A stretch of DNA of 64,000 nt from Azolla caroliniana (GCA_043228905.1 JBHGNT010000012.1:17484001-17548000); one strand, 5' to 3'; shown: positions 24,781 to 38,659, counted from the first letter of the stretch. Numbers and translations: made by a program. Notes: generated from the sequence alone by a model not told the origin.

Positions 24781-25423
24781 ACACCTAGTTGGGTGAAGAT
24801 TATAACCAAGGTTGTTGCCTTGAGGCATATACATTCCTCAAGTAAAAACCTAGAGAGGCTGTACTAACTATTGTTTTATCCACCTAGTCGGGTGAAGATT
24901 GTAACCAAGGTTGTTACCTTGAGGCATATACATTCCTCTAATGAAAAACTAGAGAGGTTGTACTCAGTTGTACTCAGAACGTAATGAAGTTATTTTCGGA
25001 ACCTAAGGTTCCCGTGTTTTTTCTTGATTTGGGTTTTCTACGTTAATATCTAGTGTACTCTGTTTTTGTTGTTTCTGTTACGTCTGATGCATATTGTGTT
25101 GGTAATCCAAGCTAATCCCGATTCCGTCTAGTATTCCTAAACATTAAGTATATGTTAGGAATATTGGACTGAATCAAGATGAGCTTGGATTACCAACACA
25201 ATTAACAATAGATGAAACCACAAGACAAAAATGAGAGTACACCAAAATTTTAGTGTGGAAAATCCAAAATAGGGAAAAACCACGAGAACTGTAGGTTCCA
25301 AACAACTTTACTATGATCTAAGTACAACCGAATACAACCTCTCTAGATTTTCCCTAGAGGAATGTATCTACCTCAAGGCTAGAGCCTTGGTTACAAGCTT
25401 CACCCGATTGGGTGGATAGAATA
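24781..25423. mobile_element. Two related LTR fragments in inverted orientation (centre ~25148), plus a ~100-bp tandem duplication at 24781-24965
   Basis: Left arm ends ...TATTCCTAAACA (25143); right arm starts TGTTAGGAATATT (25153). TGTGTTGGTAATCCAAGCT pairs with AGCTTGGATTACCAACACA, and CTAGAGAGGTTGTA pairs with TACAACCTCTCTAG. Confidence 0.75.
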
Positions 25424-28020
25424 ACAAAGATTGGAGCATCAGATATTCCATTTGATTCGGCGTGGAGGGTGGGAAGAGATGAGTCTAGATCTAAAGCTCT
25501 TATCATCCACTTCATGGATATTGACAAGAAAAAAGCTTTCCTCTCTAAAAGAAAGGCACTCAAGGGTGAAAAAATATACTTAGATGACGATCTCACTCTA
25601 GCCCAAGTGGTACACCGCAAAGAAAACATGCCACAAGTGCTTGATGCAAGAAAGGAAGGAAAATGGGTCGTATATAGAGATGGCCAGGTCATTATTACAA
25701 AGAAGAGAACCGCATGGTGATATATGTCCTATGAGACCCTACGCATGACCATATGGAATTGCAACGTCTCTCTACGGACAAATGTCGGATATTTGGAAGA
25801 TACATTGAAAAACATAGATATTGCTATGTATACAAAGACTCACCAATGCATGGCTAGCAAACTCCTCGAGGTACAAGGATATAGATGGGAGTCAATATGT
25901 CGCCCCCAACCTCGAACACGAGGAAGCACTAGAGGTTCATGAGGAGTGGTTGTGCTATACAAAGAGGAGCTCCATGGTAGAGTGCATGTTGTCCATAAGG
26001 ATGTAGATGCACACTACATGTGGATACAAATAAAAAGAGGGGATCTTAGGGAGTTATATATTGCAATTTGCTACTTTCCACCTGCTTACTCAAGGTTTGC
26101 ACCTCTAGGTGAATCACCATATCTACCTCTATATGATGATATATTTAACACCAACAAGGCTGTTTATGGAGAAGTTATGGCAGAAGAGGTTGGTCTAAAG
26201 CGACAAGCTCAAGATATGAGTGCTATAACTGAATATGGAAAACACTTTCTAGCCTTGGGAAGTGCGCATGGATTTGTGATATATAATGGCTTGTCACAAT
26301 GGCCTGGATCAAATGCTTTGACATGTTGGAACCCAAAATGGGGTGCAAACACAGTTGACTATCTAATGGGATCTCCATCTCTTATACTTGAAATAAAAGT
26401 GTTCACTATATCGGGTAGACCTATTGGCTTGGCAGTAGATCATGCATAACTACGCTTCGAGGTAAAGGATGGATGCACAAAGGATGTATATGCTAAGGCA
26501 AGTGGGCTAGCTAAGTATCTATTTACTCACGAGACAATTGATGTGTATAGTTGTGGTGTATACAATGGCATGCTAGATTTAGATCCTTTTGCACCCCTTG
26601 AAGAACTTAGCAAAGGATTATCCAAATCATTGCATAAAGCAGCCACAAATGCCTTCCCTCACACAACGGCCAATCCCCCAAAACTTGGTAGAGTAAGACA
26701 AAATAGTTGGTATGATGAGGAATGTCGTGATACAAGGAGATGCTTGCAACGTGATGTAACTCAAGGCATTTATACACAACCAAGCAAGAGCAACCTTCCA
26801 ACACCTCGTAAGGAAGAAGAAGAGATTGTATTTGGCTAAATTTGAAGATCATTTGTATCGCTTGTTCGTAGGACGAGAGTAAAAGAGCATGGAAAATGTT
26901 TAATGAGAGGCAACCCACCACACAACTGACCTCACTTCAGGTGTGGCATGAATATGCAAAGGTTCTATATGATATCCCGGGGCAACCTCCTCTTCCCCAC
27001 CCGAATGCCTCACGCTCACATGAATCAACCTTCTTTACACCACAAATTGTAAGAAATGCCATTGATCGACTACAATTTGGGAAGGCCCAAGATCATGATT
27101 GATTGGTGGGTGAGCACTTTATCTATGCCCGTGACACCTATAAGATAGCCCACTATAAGACACACTTCTTACATACATCCGAGGATACATTTGTCATTAG
27201 GCCACCTTATATGGACATACATCTATCCTATGCGCTGCGTAGTGTGATAGGGTAATTGTGAACATCATCACATCAACTACAGATTGAGGTAGGCAGATAT
27301 ACACGACTACCTCTAGAAGAGAGAATTTGCCAATTGTGTCATCAAGGAGTGGAATCTGAAGAACACTATGTTTGTCATTGTAGTGTCTTTTATGAAATCA
27401 GAGGGAGATACCATTGCCTCTTTAAACAAGGCTTTGGCCCACTACGCAAGGTAATGGAATATGAGGACCAACGATGCCTAGGACTTTTCTTGCTAGAGCT
27501 CAAGAGACATCGGGAGAAGTTGTTGAAGAATACAACCACACAAGCTCATCCACAAAGAACAATCACAACTTTCTTAAGCCCCATCACTCCTAATGCTAGA
27601 AGTCACCCCCGGGATACACAAATGGGCTCCAGATCAAGACATAACAAAGGGGTTACAATTGATCGAGCAATAGCAATTTGCCGTGCACGTAGGCCCCGCC
27701 CCCATGGATCACGATCTCGACACCCTTGTCATTGACAAATAAAAGCCATTATCTCCCACCATCGTAGGTGCTTCCCTCGCATCGGAGACATCTCCATTCT
27801 GGATCGACCTATGCTAGAGATCTTTCGAAGACAAAAGCTACAATATACCTAACTTGAGAATTTGACATGTGCCAAAAATCAGATTCCCTCGTTTCTTCTC
27901 TTTTCATCTTACTTACTTTTATATTTACTATGTAGTATTTATTTTATTTTGATTTGTTCTCAAAGACGAGACAACACTGAAGATGTAATCTCTTATTTGG
28001 TAATATAGGCCATTTTGGCC
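25424..28020 (+). mobile_element. Internally deleted RTEX/L2-like LINE (ORF1, AP endonuclease, C-terminal CCHC)
   Basis: ORF1 tail RVGR..KALIIHF..KIYLDDDLT. APE motifs IWNCN, YMWIQI, ICYFPP, TVDYL, DH. C-terminus HQLQIEVGRY..EERICQLC..VESEEHYVCHC. The RT core is absent, with a junction near 27140. Confidence 0.75.
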
Positions 28021-28034
28021 TCTTAAAAGACGTT

Positions 28035-28747
28035 AATATGTCTTTCTTTCTTTCTTTCTTTCTCTTGCTCTCTTGCTCTTGTACTCGAGTACTGTATCTC
28101 TTCGTTTGCTGTTTTTCTCTCTTGCACTCTTCTCACTTCTCTATTTTCTCAGTGTATGCCTTTGTCTCTCAGTTGTCTCTTTGTGTGTTGTTTCTATACT
28201 CAAGGGTTATCTCTGTTTTTCTCTTGCTCTCAGTGTCTCAATCTCTTAGTCAGTCGTTCTGTTTGTGTTGTGTGTCTCCACGCCTTTTATATGTGTTGCT
28301 CTCCGTTTTGTGCAACATCTCTTTTTTCCCTGCACACACACACACGCACACATATATGCACATACATCCCCACATATATATGTATATGTATATATTTGTA
28401 AATAGGTATATGTTAATGTAGTTATAACTAATTATAACTTTTTCCCTTTTTAGCCCCAATCCGATTCGGCATTCAGCCAAATCGACAACCAGCCGATTTG
28501 GTGCTCAATCCGAATTGGTACGCAACCGATTCGGCTGCTGAATCGGTGCTCAGCCCGAATCGGCAGCCAGCCAATTCGGCGCTCAGCCGGTAGTTGGCTG
28601 TCAATCGACTCTCGACTCTCTGTCAGCTCTTTGGCCCTAGCCGACTCTCAATCGGCTCTTTGGCCTCAGCCAACTCTCAGCTCTCGGCTCTCGGCTATCA
28701 GCCGTCTGCTGGTTGTGGGCCCTCCACTTCAGTGGATAGGCCCAACA
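28035..28747 (-). mobile_element. LTR fragment, same family as 23635-24276
   Basis: Ends CCACTTCAGTGGATAGGCCCAACA; internal AATCGG/CCGATT repeats and (CA)/(TA) tracts. Confidence 0.6.
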
Positions 28748-29555
28748 ATATATTCTACTATGACCTTACAATGAACTCATTGGCATCATGTCCTTCGTAA
28801 ACTTTCAATTGGTACCCAGAATCAGTCAACACTTACTAAGGTATTATTCCACTAACATCGTGGGTAGTTTTTGCCATAGCAATGAATGCATGCAAACAAT
28901 ATTTGGAGAAGCTCTCATGTCCCTCAACATCACTTGCAAGCATTCCAAGAAAAAATGGACTAAACATGTACCTTGAATCTCACATATGAGGGGCAATACT
29001 CTTAAATGGAGTCTTCTTCGTAAATCAAGAATTGTCAATAACGATTTATGTTCTAAGCATGATTGAGACACTACAAATAAAACCTACACACTTCGTAACA
29101 AAATTTCAATGACCAAAATGTTTTCAAATACCATGAATAATGCTTACATTACCAAAATGCATTCAAATAGCAAGATGTGCACATTCCCAAGACACATTCA
29201 AATAGCAAGATATTTACATTACCAAAATGCATTCAAATAGAGAGATATTTCTACAAGTGACAATATTTGAATTATACCTTAGTTTGACATTTTTATTTGA
29301 ACAAGATCCTAAGTTTCCACAAGCATCAAATAGGTGAAGTAGTACTACAGACTTCCATATGCACAGCCTCTGTTCCCTTTCTGTTTCATTGCAACCACCA
29401 AATTAAAAGGTTGTCATGTGAAACCACTCAGGAACCATTACAAAGGAACATCAAAATAACAGTAGCCTTCACATATCTACAACCATAAGTAAATGAGAAA
29501 TAGACAACAAAACCACGCTTACCCATATCATCATATGCTGAGATCTCAATATTTT

Positions 29556-32500
29556 TCAGGCCTTTTTGGGAATAGGGTCCTTCCCAAAACCCATGAGCAG
29601 GTGTGTGAGTAGCATGTTCCCTCTACGGATCTTTTCCACAGCCTGGCCAGCCAATGGAAGCTTCCCAGTTTCCCTATTCCATAGTGGCTTCTTGTCCCAC
29701 CTGAGAGAATCACGACCAACGATATTGTTAGAAGGTTCCTCTCCCTCCCTCTCTCTCTCTCTATATATATTGCATGTGATGAATCAAGAGAAGAATGTAC
29801 AATGCATATATGTCCAAGAATTGAAAGAACATGAACATGAATGACGATTAAAGAACATTGTCATCCGTAAGATGAAAGGGGAAAGTATTGAAACACCCGC
29901 ATCCCTTGGAAAGGTCATTGAATATATATGGGGCACACCAAGTTGGAAAACATGGTGTTGTTTGTTCAGGAGAAAGACCTAGTATGTAAATGGTGGATGA
30001 TACAAATAAGAATCATATTCGAAAATAGTTCGGTGTGCCTCAAAGGTACATATACTTTGTGAGTGAAATTGTACTATCTCATAACAAAGTACCCGTCATA
30101 AAGCATATGAAGAAAAATTGAGAAATAAGGTTAAGGATGTGCATAACATTAGAAAGATAGGCAAATAAGGACATGTCCTATGGGACTAATTTGTGTCTTC
30201 TACAACTATGCTTTTGGAATTGCAATGGACACTCACGGAATGTGCGATTTGGCATAGAGTAGTTCACCAATGACTTGGATATCATACTTCCTGTTGAGAC
30301 ACGGGAGTATGATACTCAAAAGGATTCAAGGTCTAAACAACTACAATGTGCACTCTTTGATGTAGGAGAAAATTCCAAGACAATGAAGAGGACAAGGAGG
30401 GATGGCATATTTGATTAAGAGGGAAATAGAAAAATATGTGTTGACCATAAAACAGGAACATGAATGCTACAAATGGCTCAAAATAGAAACACCAAATGAT
30501 ATACCCACTTTTGTGGTTGGATCCTACATTTGTCATCAAGATTCCAACTTTTATGCATGTTTGATTAAAGACCTTATGAAGGCATTAAGATTCCAACTTT
30601 TATGCAAAACCTTATGAGGGCATTGAAAGAATTTTGCATCCGTACTATGTCAGTAGCTTTGAAATAAAGATTATGCTGTGAAGAGCCAACAAAAAAGATA
30701 AACCCTGCATTATGTACAATGAGCCACTTAAAATTGTGGAAAACTTTAAATACCTTGGCCTTGAAGTAACTTCAAATCATAGATGGAATGAATGTGCTAC
30801 CCACTGCTTAGGGCAGGAAAGAGAGCATATTATGCATTTGAGAACACATGTAATCATGGAGAGATCAAGTGTTGGGTCTAATAGTTGTCAACGGTTCAGT
30901 TTGGTTTGCAAGTGTAAAACTCAAACCGTCTAAAATTGAACCATTTAAAGTTTTGAAACTTAAACCGAACCGAATCGAACCATGAAACCATTTAAACCAA
31001 AACCGTTACAAAAAATCCAAACCGTTAACGGTTAAAATTGTGGTTTTGCAGTTCGGTTTCGGTTTGCAAGTAAGGTCAAAATTCAAAATTTCAATTTTCG
31101 ATATTTTTTTTTTTCAATATTTCAAAAGTTTAAAGATTTTTCCTAATATGTTAGAATTAGGCTTAAAAATGAAAATGTTCAAAAACATATTTAAGAAAAT
31201 AATCAAGTGGCAACCCTAAACCACCAAACCATTTTAACCACACAGAACTGTTAAAAAAAACTTGAACTTGAACCTGAACCTGAACTAAACCGAACCGAAC
31301 CGTTTAAATTGTTAAGCCGAGATTTCACGGTTCAGTTCGTTTCAAATTGAACTATTGCCGATTACTAGTTGGGTCCTCAAGAAATGCCTTTTCGACACTT
31401 TGGTGACACTGGTGCTTCTCTATGGGGTGGAAGTATTGGGAAGTAGCATCCCTAAATCCACTTGGAAAGAGTTTGAAAATGTCCAAAAGCATTTTATTAC
31501 AAAGTTTCTGCAAGTTAAGAAACAAACGCCATATACCCTCCTACTTGAGATGGGATCACTTCCCATTGAGGGTTGTCAAATACACGCTTAAGGTTCAAAA
31601 AAGTTCCTCACATAGAGTGCCTAGAATCGCAAGAGAAGCAAGCAAAAAGATCCAAAAGTCACATAAAAGCAAAATTCTATGTTCCAGTTGGATGCAAGAT
31701 ATGGAAAAATGTTTGAAGATGGGATGTAACACACTTGCCTCATGATGGATCACTATATTCCTTTGTAAATGAGGCATTTCTACAATGTCAATGTATCATG
31801 ACATGGAAATGTGGAGGCTCACGTTTCACAAATTATACTACATCTATTGCACCTTACAAAACCATTTTTTTCACTGAATGGGGAAATCGCACACATCAAT
31901 ACATGTTAGAGTCCATCTTGTTGTCTACCATCCAAACCATTGCTTCCATGCAACTTAGCTCACATGCATTGCGATCTGAGATGGGGCATTGGGGAACAAG
32001 TGATAAGAGTAGTCGACTATGAACACTTCACCCAAAACAAGTTTCACAATCTGAGTAACACACTTCAATACAATGCTCTACCTTTTATCACATTCAACTA
32101 TTGTTTCCATACCTCTTCAACCAAACTCAATCCTTGCATGAAAATGATGATGCACGAGTTTTGGATGAAAACGAACCATGTATTGAAGAAAAGGGTAAAT
32201 ATAAGGAATGAGGATGAACCTTCGATTGAAACCTGCACCCATGGCAAACAACCAAGGTACATAAAAGAGAATCACAAGGACATGTGGGGGCGATTTCTTA
32301 AAGAAATCCTATTGGGCTACCAAATGTATCTTCTATTGGTCAATTTCAAGGGAAATCTAACGCAAGGAATCAAATGTTCACTCTAACCCAAGGTATAACT
32401 CGTTAAAACTCAATTTTGACAAGAATGTTAAAGACACTATGTCATTGGTGAAGCAACCTTGGAAACTAAATCATGCACGAGGTACTAGATAATCAGTATT

Positions 32501-35500
32501 AGAAATGCTTTTGCGGTGTTCGGTGGTTATTTTGGGGATATTGCCATACATACTTGGGCAATGGAATGTGTTTTAAGCACCAAGAGACCTCCAAGTGAGT
32601 TATGAAGGTAAATACATGGAATGTAAGTCGAGTTTAAGGTCCTTCAAAGTTACATGATATTCGGAGAAATATTTTCAGCATCTAATGGGATTTATAATGT
32701 GTCATGGGGCAGAAGGAACATGCTAAGTGAGGAGTCTTCTTTTGAGAATAAAGGATATTGTGTTTGTTATGATGGAGTCAATGATGGACATCATTCTGGC
32801 ATAGTCCTTATTGTGATTGATAGGCTACACCTTGTGGTGATTCAATGTGATGTTCATGGATGATTCACAGTGGTCAAGATCAGCTATGAGATAGTGGGCA
32901 TGCATGCAACAAATGATGTTGTCATTCATAGTGAGCTTTGGCGATGTTTTAATCACGTTCTTTGTTCTTGGATAACTAGGGTTTTTTGCTAGGTGATTTG
33001 AATGTGTTCTAATGGGGTTCAATCTACTTCAAGAGAGGTTTTAGATAAAGAGAGGTTCGACCATCAAACCATTAAAATTAGTCTTTGCAATTGGTTCATA
33101 AGGTTATGCAATAATAGAACCAATCTTTTATTGGTGACTACCAATAATTGGTTTCACCTTCCTCAGGTAGTTTTATGGATGAGGTTGAGGACTAAATGTA
33201 GATAGCAATACATAGACAATTCCCCGAGTTGAGGTATAAACATTGTGGAAAAACACTTCAAAGACCATTACCACCATTCCAAACTTAGGTCCATCTATCA
33301 ATTATGGTATAGATGCCTGACCGCTCTAAACACATGTGTTCAATAATCATTGCTTGTATGCATAGCTATATTTTTCCAATCTTTCACATGGCAGAAACTT
33401 GGTTCCCATATATTTGCACCATGCAAGAGAGTGGGTGTGACCAATGTATTCAACCATAGTTTGGTATATCCAAGCACATTGTCTCTGAAGTGTCCCAAAG
33501 CTACATAGCAGATAGAGAGTTCGGGTGATAGTTCCTTTTTGAAGGAGAAATGAGGTCCTATGAAATGAGGTCATATGACTTTTGTGTATTCTAGCCACAT
33601 ACATTATCTATGTAAAGGTGATTGCTTAGGTTGTTAATTTGTTGTAAACTAAGTAAGTATCATCAGAAAGACAGAAACATACATCTTGTGGAAGCAGAAG
33701 CAAGTTTCAAAAGATGATTCCCCACACTTCAAGGAATACTAGATTTTAGACCAATATTGAAGAGGGTAGAGTATGTAAGAAACTGATTGATTGTTAATCT
33801 ATACAACTACCACAAGCTATGAGTCTGTTTGTCGGGTCTAGTTTGTCCTCCAAATTGATGAGATATCTAATTACGTATGATGGCATTATCTTCTCAATCT
33901 GTAAGTAGGAAAATACCTCATTTCTTTGTTTGCCTCTTACATGACACAATATTCAGTTGTAATCTCATGATGGATCCCATATGGTCTCTTAAAGATGTTA
34001 GTGCATCTTCATATTAATATAGAGAATGCACATACAAGTAGACTTTACATGTTCAACCCATCAAATACAAGTAGACTCTATGAGTAAAATGCATGAAAAA
34101 CAGTAATTAAGAATAAATTAATATAATTATCCAGCTACAAAATACCAGACCAGCATGTAAATGAGAATCATTTTCATTGAAAGGTTATAATCACTCACCG
34201 ATCTTCATGACGTATAACTTTTCCATCTTTAACCTGTTCATGTTTGCCACAATAAATTCTCTCTCTCTCAAAGATGTAATCTCTCTCTTTCTCTCTCTAA
34301 TTTATGGGGTCACCACAAAATCAATGACGGTTCTCATGACACCCCTTGTCTCTATCTAGATGCATCCATCGTTATGGGGCTATATAGTCCCGAGTGTTAA
34401 AGGCCAATGCAAATGACAGAAATGATGCCTTGCCAGCTTACAAATCTGTAATTCGTCCACTGAGAACCTCCTAGAAGTTTCCAATAACGAAAGCTTCCAT
34501 ACCAGTAGCTTTTTTAATCGATGGATGTATCTCTCAACCTCATATTGAGCATAAAATACAAAGGCATTCCGTATCTGTCAATTATGCCATAACCCTCAAT
34601 ACCTTAGATACTGAAAGAATATCTCAAAATGTGGAAAGGCATTCTTGACTAAACACGACCGAACACCCATTGAGTCTGAGATTTTGACACTCCACTCATA
34701 GAAGCTACGCTATAGACATAAATTTCCAGATAGCCTTTGCCACTGAACAACTGATAAATCGAGACTATGTTCCTTTGAAACTGTGAAAACAAACACATCC
34801 CAGAAGCAATACTTCATCTTTGCAAAGCAAATCCTAGAGGTACTCCAGCCACCATGACCCTCCAAATAAATACCTTAGCTTTGAAAGGAAGATGAGATTG
34901 CCATCCCATTTACACCACATGGTGGTGGTCCCTCAAACATAGCCTTAAGGAAAGAGAATCTTCAAGCCACCATATGTTCATATAAATTTAAAAGTGCCAC
35001 TCCATGTCTTTTCGAGTACAAATATGATTCCGTACCACCCCAGTAAGGCATGATCTTTCTTTCCTCTTCCATGATGTGAAACCCCATAGAGGTTGCTAAC
35101 TTCTCAATAGTCTTTGTAGACCAAGGCAGCAACGGTAAATGATATAATATCATAAAAATCATGATTGACTGCACAACTTTTAGTCTAACATGAAACGGCC
35201 AAGGTTGTGATTTCCAATACATAAATTTGTCTACAATTTGTAGTGGATATCCAACCTAGGATTTCGAATTAGGAACATCCCAATCAATAGGATAACCTAA
35301 ATGTCGACAACTCATACCATGTTGTACTACCACCCCTATCCAACCAAGATCATCTAAATTTCTTTTTATACATGAGATGGGAACTGATTTATGCATGTTA
35401 ACTTCAATATTGAAGCAGTAGCGAACGATTCCCACACTTGCATAGCCTTCGTAATGTTCTCTCACAAGGCTCCCAAAAACATAAAGTGATCATATACTAA

Positions 35501-36744
35501 TCCTTGTACAATGTGCGATTTCCCCGATGGTGAGGAAAGTCTTACCAACTCTTTATCTTTAGCCATATTCTCTCTCTCTTGTCTCTCTCCTCTCAATTTG
35601 TAATAGATCTATTATGTATTATGACAAGAAGGCAACTGGATGCAAATAGCTTCACAAGCTAAAACACAAACAGAAATGGTACTATTGATATGTAACATGA
35701 AAGGCTAATAGCCAAAGGATATGCTCAACATAGTAATGATTACAAGAAATTTTTTGCTGAACTAATATATCATAAAGGCAACAAAGTAGATAATTTATTT
35801 CAATTTCCATTATATTTTTCTTAAGAGTATGGTACTCAATCTTCATCACTAAAATAAAAACGATTGTAAAGTCTGACCTGCAGGTTTATAAGTGATATCA
35901 TATCGATTTGTCTGCCTAAAATCTTGTAATGTTGGATATTATCGATATTTATCTAGCACATTAAAAAAACCCAAAGAAATTACTATGAGGTTGAAATAGT
36001 ATAATGGCATGTATTTGCCAAAACATGGTCTAAAGTTGTGGGCTTAGTTGTCATCTTACAACTTACCTCTCCATTCCCAGGTGATGTCTCCACCTCATGT
36101 ATTGTATACTCTCCCATCCTGCCTTCACTAAAAACCTGAATCCAGAGTTGTATAGCAAAAGAAACATTTTGGCAAACTCTTCATTTCATAAATAATGTTT
36201 CCTTTCCTCATAAGAACCATTAAGAAATAACAACACATCTTAAGGTTTAGCTCTTACCAAAACTTACACGTACTTTTATATGATCAAAATATTACGGATT
36301 TAGAAAAGATCTGTCCCTATTTGTGTGTGCATTTTTATAAGCCGACTTCTCAAGGCAAGTCAAATATTGCATATGGATACATTACGTCCCATGAATTCTT
36401 TGGGCTATTTGATTGTGTGTAAGGAACAACCAGATTTACTATAGTCAACCTAATTCAAATTTATATCCTACTTCCAATTTTCTTCGAGGTTACTTTGACA
36501 TTCTACTTCTGTTTTCCAATAAGTTAAAGACACAACTACCTTATTGAAGGGCGAAAACTAACATTGGGTTACGAAATTGAGCACTGAGAATATGAAAAAA
36601 TTGTAAAGTATCTATATGTACATGTACATGTGCATATACAAATACACATATATCATGTGTATGTATACATACATTACATATGTAGGCACGCATATATAGA
36701 CATGTAGTTATGTATATATACATATACATACATACATACATACA

Positions 36745-36777
<33 letters not shown>

Positions 36778-38309
36778 GGATACATATAAACCTCTATTGT
36801 ATACAAATCTCTATGGAGTTGCAGAAGTTGTGATATATACCCACTGAAGTGGATGAACCCCATGGAATCATCATCCTATTTCTATCCATTAGGCTGACCA
36901 TTATAATCCCTCCTCACGCACATCTTAAGTGTGTGAGGAGGGATTAGATGGGTCAGCCTAATGGATAGAAATAGGATTAGAGGGAGTGATAACTTAGGTG
37001 CCATACTTAAGACACCACCTAGAAGGTTGAGCTCATATGTGTATGATTTATTCACCCATAGAATTAGAGACTTTGTGCTTCAATGTATGAATACCCCTTC
37101 TTAGGATGGAGACACATATCAAGAACACATGTATACTCTGGTTCCATACATCAAAACTGGCCTCTTTATGGATGATAAAAATTCTAAAGTCCAATTCTAA
37201 TCTAAGGCAAGAAGTGGTCCCAAGATTTAATGTTCTAAAATACCAAATTCCATCATAGGGAAAAACTCTTCCTTCTATAATTTAACTCTATTCATATTGA
37301 TTGCTCAAAGAGACTGATATTTCCAAATTATGACCAAACAATGATCTAAAGCAGTGAAAAAGGGTTCACATAAAAAGAAGTTTTTATTTTAAATAAAGTA
37401 AAGAGCTTGAATTCTCCAGCCTGTAGTTAAAATCTTCAAAATGTAAATAGCACCAAAATTTTAAAATCGAAACCCAAATTATATGTGCGACTTAACCTTG
37501 GGAATGGAATAGAAAGCTGACTTGATTTGCTTGATTCTGAATATATGGGCAAGAGAGAAGGGGGGGCATTAGCCATATTTAATATAGCCTTAAGAAAGAA
37601 ATTCAAGTAAAATAGTCGAGCAATACCCATGAGCACACATCAAAGGATCTTCAAAGGTTGCATCTGGGGCATAGATTTCATAATCTGTTGCTGAGGACCT
37701 ACAATTGTACCTGTTACAATGCAAATAGATTAGCAGTGAAGATTGTACAAGATCATTGAGGAATGCCTGGAGGCAGATAATGAGATCTCTCTCTATTCTC
37801 TAAGCTATTCAGCTATGCACACAAGGTCGTGGAGTTCAAACCATTAACTTGACACATCTTTGTTAAATCTTATATCAATTCTCCTAAACGACATGTCACA
37901 TCGGTGTATTGAACTAAGGATCTCACTTTCTCCAAGCAGTTGACACGGTAATTTCAAATATGACCTCTTGTCTCTCTCTCTCTCCCTCTAACCCTAAAGT
38001 TTTTCGAAAGATGAATAGGATTTTTATATCAGTGGGTTCATACATGTTGAGGAGGTGGGGCAGAATGGTTGCGGAGAGGCGTCCCCCAGCTTGTTGATTT
38101 TCGGATAGACCATTATACTCCTCTGATGTCGCAGCAAGCTTCTCTTTAATGTCATCTGTGCCTGTATGTATGTATGTATGATTCGATTCGATTCGATTCG
38201 ATAGGATTATATTTATTTTTGAAGATGAAACAAAATTGATTAGACACAACAGAGTAATGAGGAGAGGGGGATGAGAAGACCTACGGGCAGTGTCTTCGGG
38301 ATGCGCCAT
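29556..38309 (-). CDS. NTF2/SnoaL-like fold protein (plant family resembling Arabidopsis At5g04830), 8 coding exons, ~196 aa
   Basis: Hand-spliced GT-AG exons 38309-38285, 38161-38044, 37710-37627, 37536-37497, 36135-36067, 35952-35878, 34233-34199, 29700-29556 total 591 nt, in frame. Translation: ILPHLLNMY..DYEIYAPDATFEDPLMCAHGIKQIKSAFYSIPKVFSE..INIDNIQHYKILGRQIDMISLINLQVKDGKVIRHEDRWDKKPL..LMGFGKDP. The start codon and exon 1 are least certain. Confidence 0.9.
29850..32150 (+). mobile_element. Second degenerate RTEX-like LINE, inside intron 7 of the NTF2-like gene (antisense to it)
   Basis: FWNCNG, GQGGMAYLIK and YKWLKI (APE); ENFKYLG (RT thumb); LFDTLV..LLYGVEV; QLSSHALRSEMGHW. Many stops; split by a MITE. 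Confidence 0.7.
30879..31367. mobile_element. hAT-family MITE
   Basis: 8-bp TSD GTTGGGTC (30871-30878 and 31368-31375). Imperfect TIRs TAATAGTTGTCAACGGTTCA vs TAGTAATCGGCAATAGTTCA; many subterminal AACCG motifs. Confidence 0.9.
34560..35560 (-). mobile_element. Highly decayed L1-like LINE ORF2 fragment in intron 6 of the NTF2-like gene
   Basis: RHLGYPI and YWKSQPWPFHVRLKVVQSIM..YHL resemble the post-RT region of plant L1. Confidence 0.5.
36640..36790. repeat. (CATA)n microsatellite in intron 4
   Basis: Directly visible. Confidence 0.85.
36873..36977. repeat. Near-perfect ~50-bp-arm inverted repeat (hairpin) in intron 4
   Basis: ATCCTATTTCTATCCATTAGGCTGACC..TAATCCCTCCTCAC pairs with GTGAGGAGGGATTA..GGTCAGCCTAATGGATAGAAATAGGAT around a loop ATCTTAA. 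Confidence 0.9.
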
Positions 38310-38435
38310 ACTGTCGATGGAGATGGCGATGGCGATGGTGATAGCGATGGAGATGGCGATGGAGGTGGAGATGGCGATGCAGAATCGATTTCTGAACATG
38401 GGCACAATGTGGCGGCGTGGCATGCCTCTCCACTG

Positions 38436-38615
38436 CACATACACATACATATAAATAAATACATATACATACATACACATATATACATACACATATATAC
38501 ACACATTACATACATACATACACACACACATACATACATACATACATACATACATACATACATACATACATACATACACACACACACATACATACATACA
38601 TACATACATACATAC

Positions 38616-38647
<32 letters not shown>

Positions 38648-38659
38648 ACATACATACAC
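38436..38659. repeat. (CATA)n/(CA)n microsatellite upstream of the NTF2-like gene; left flank of the MULE
   Basis: Directly visible. Confidence 0.92.

Noticed and set aside
32200-33950. Alternative NTF2 exons or a further gene in intron 7
   Set aside because: Candidate AG/GT-bounded segments (e.g. near 33900) do not give family-like sequence; probably decayed LINE debris.
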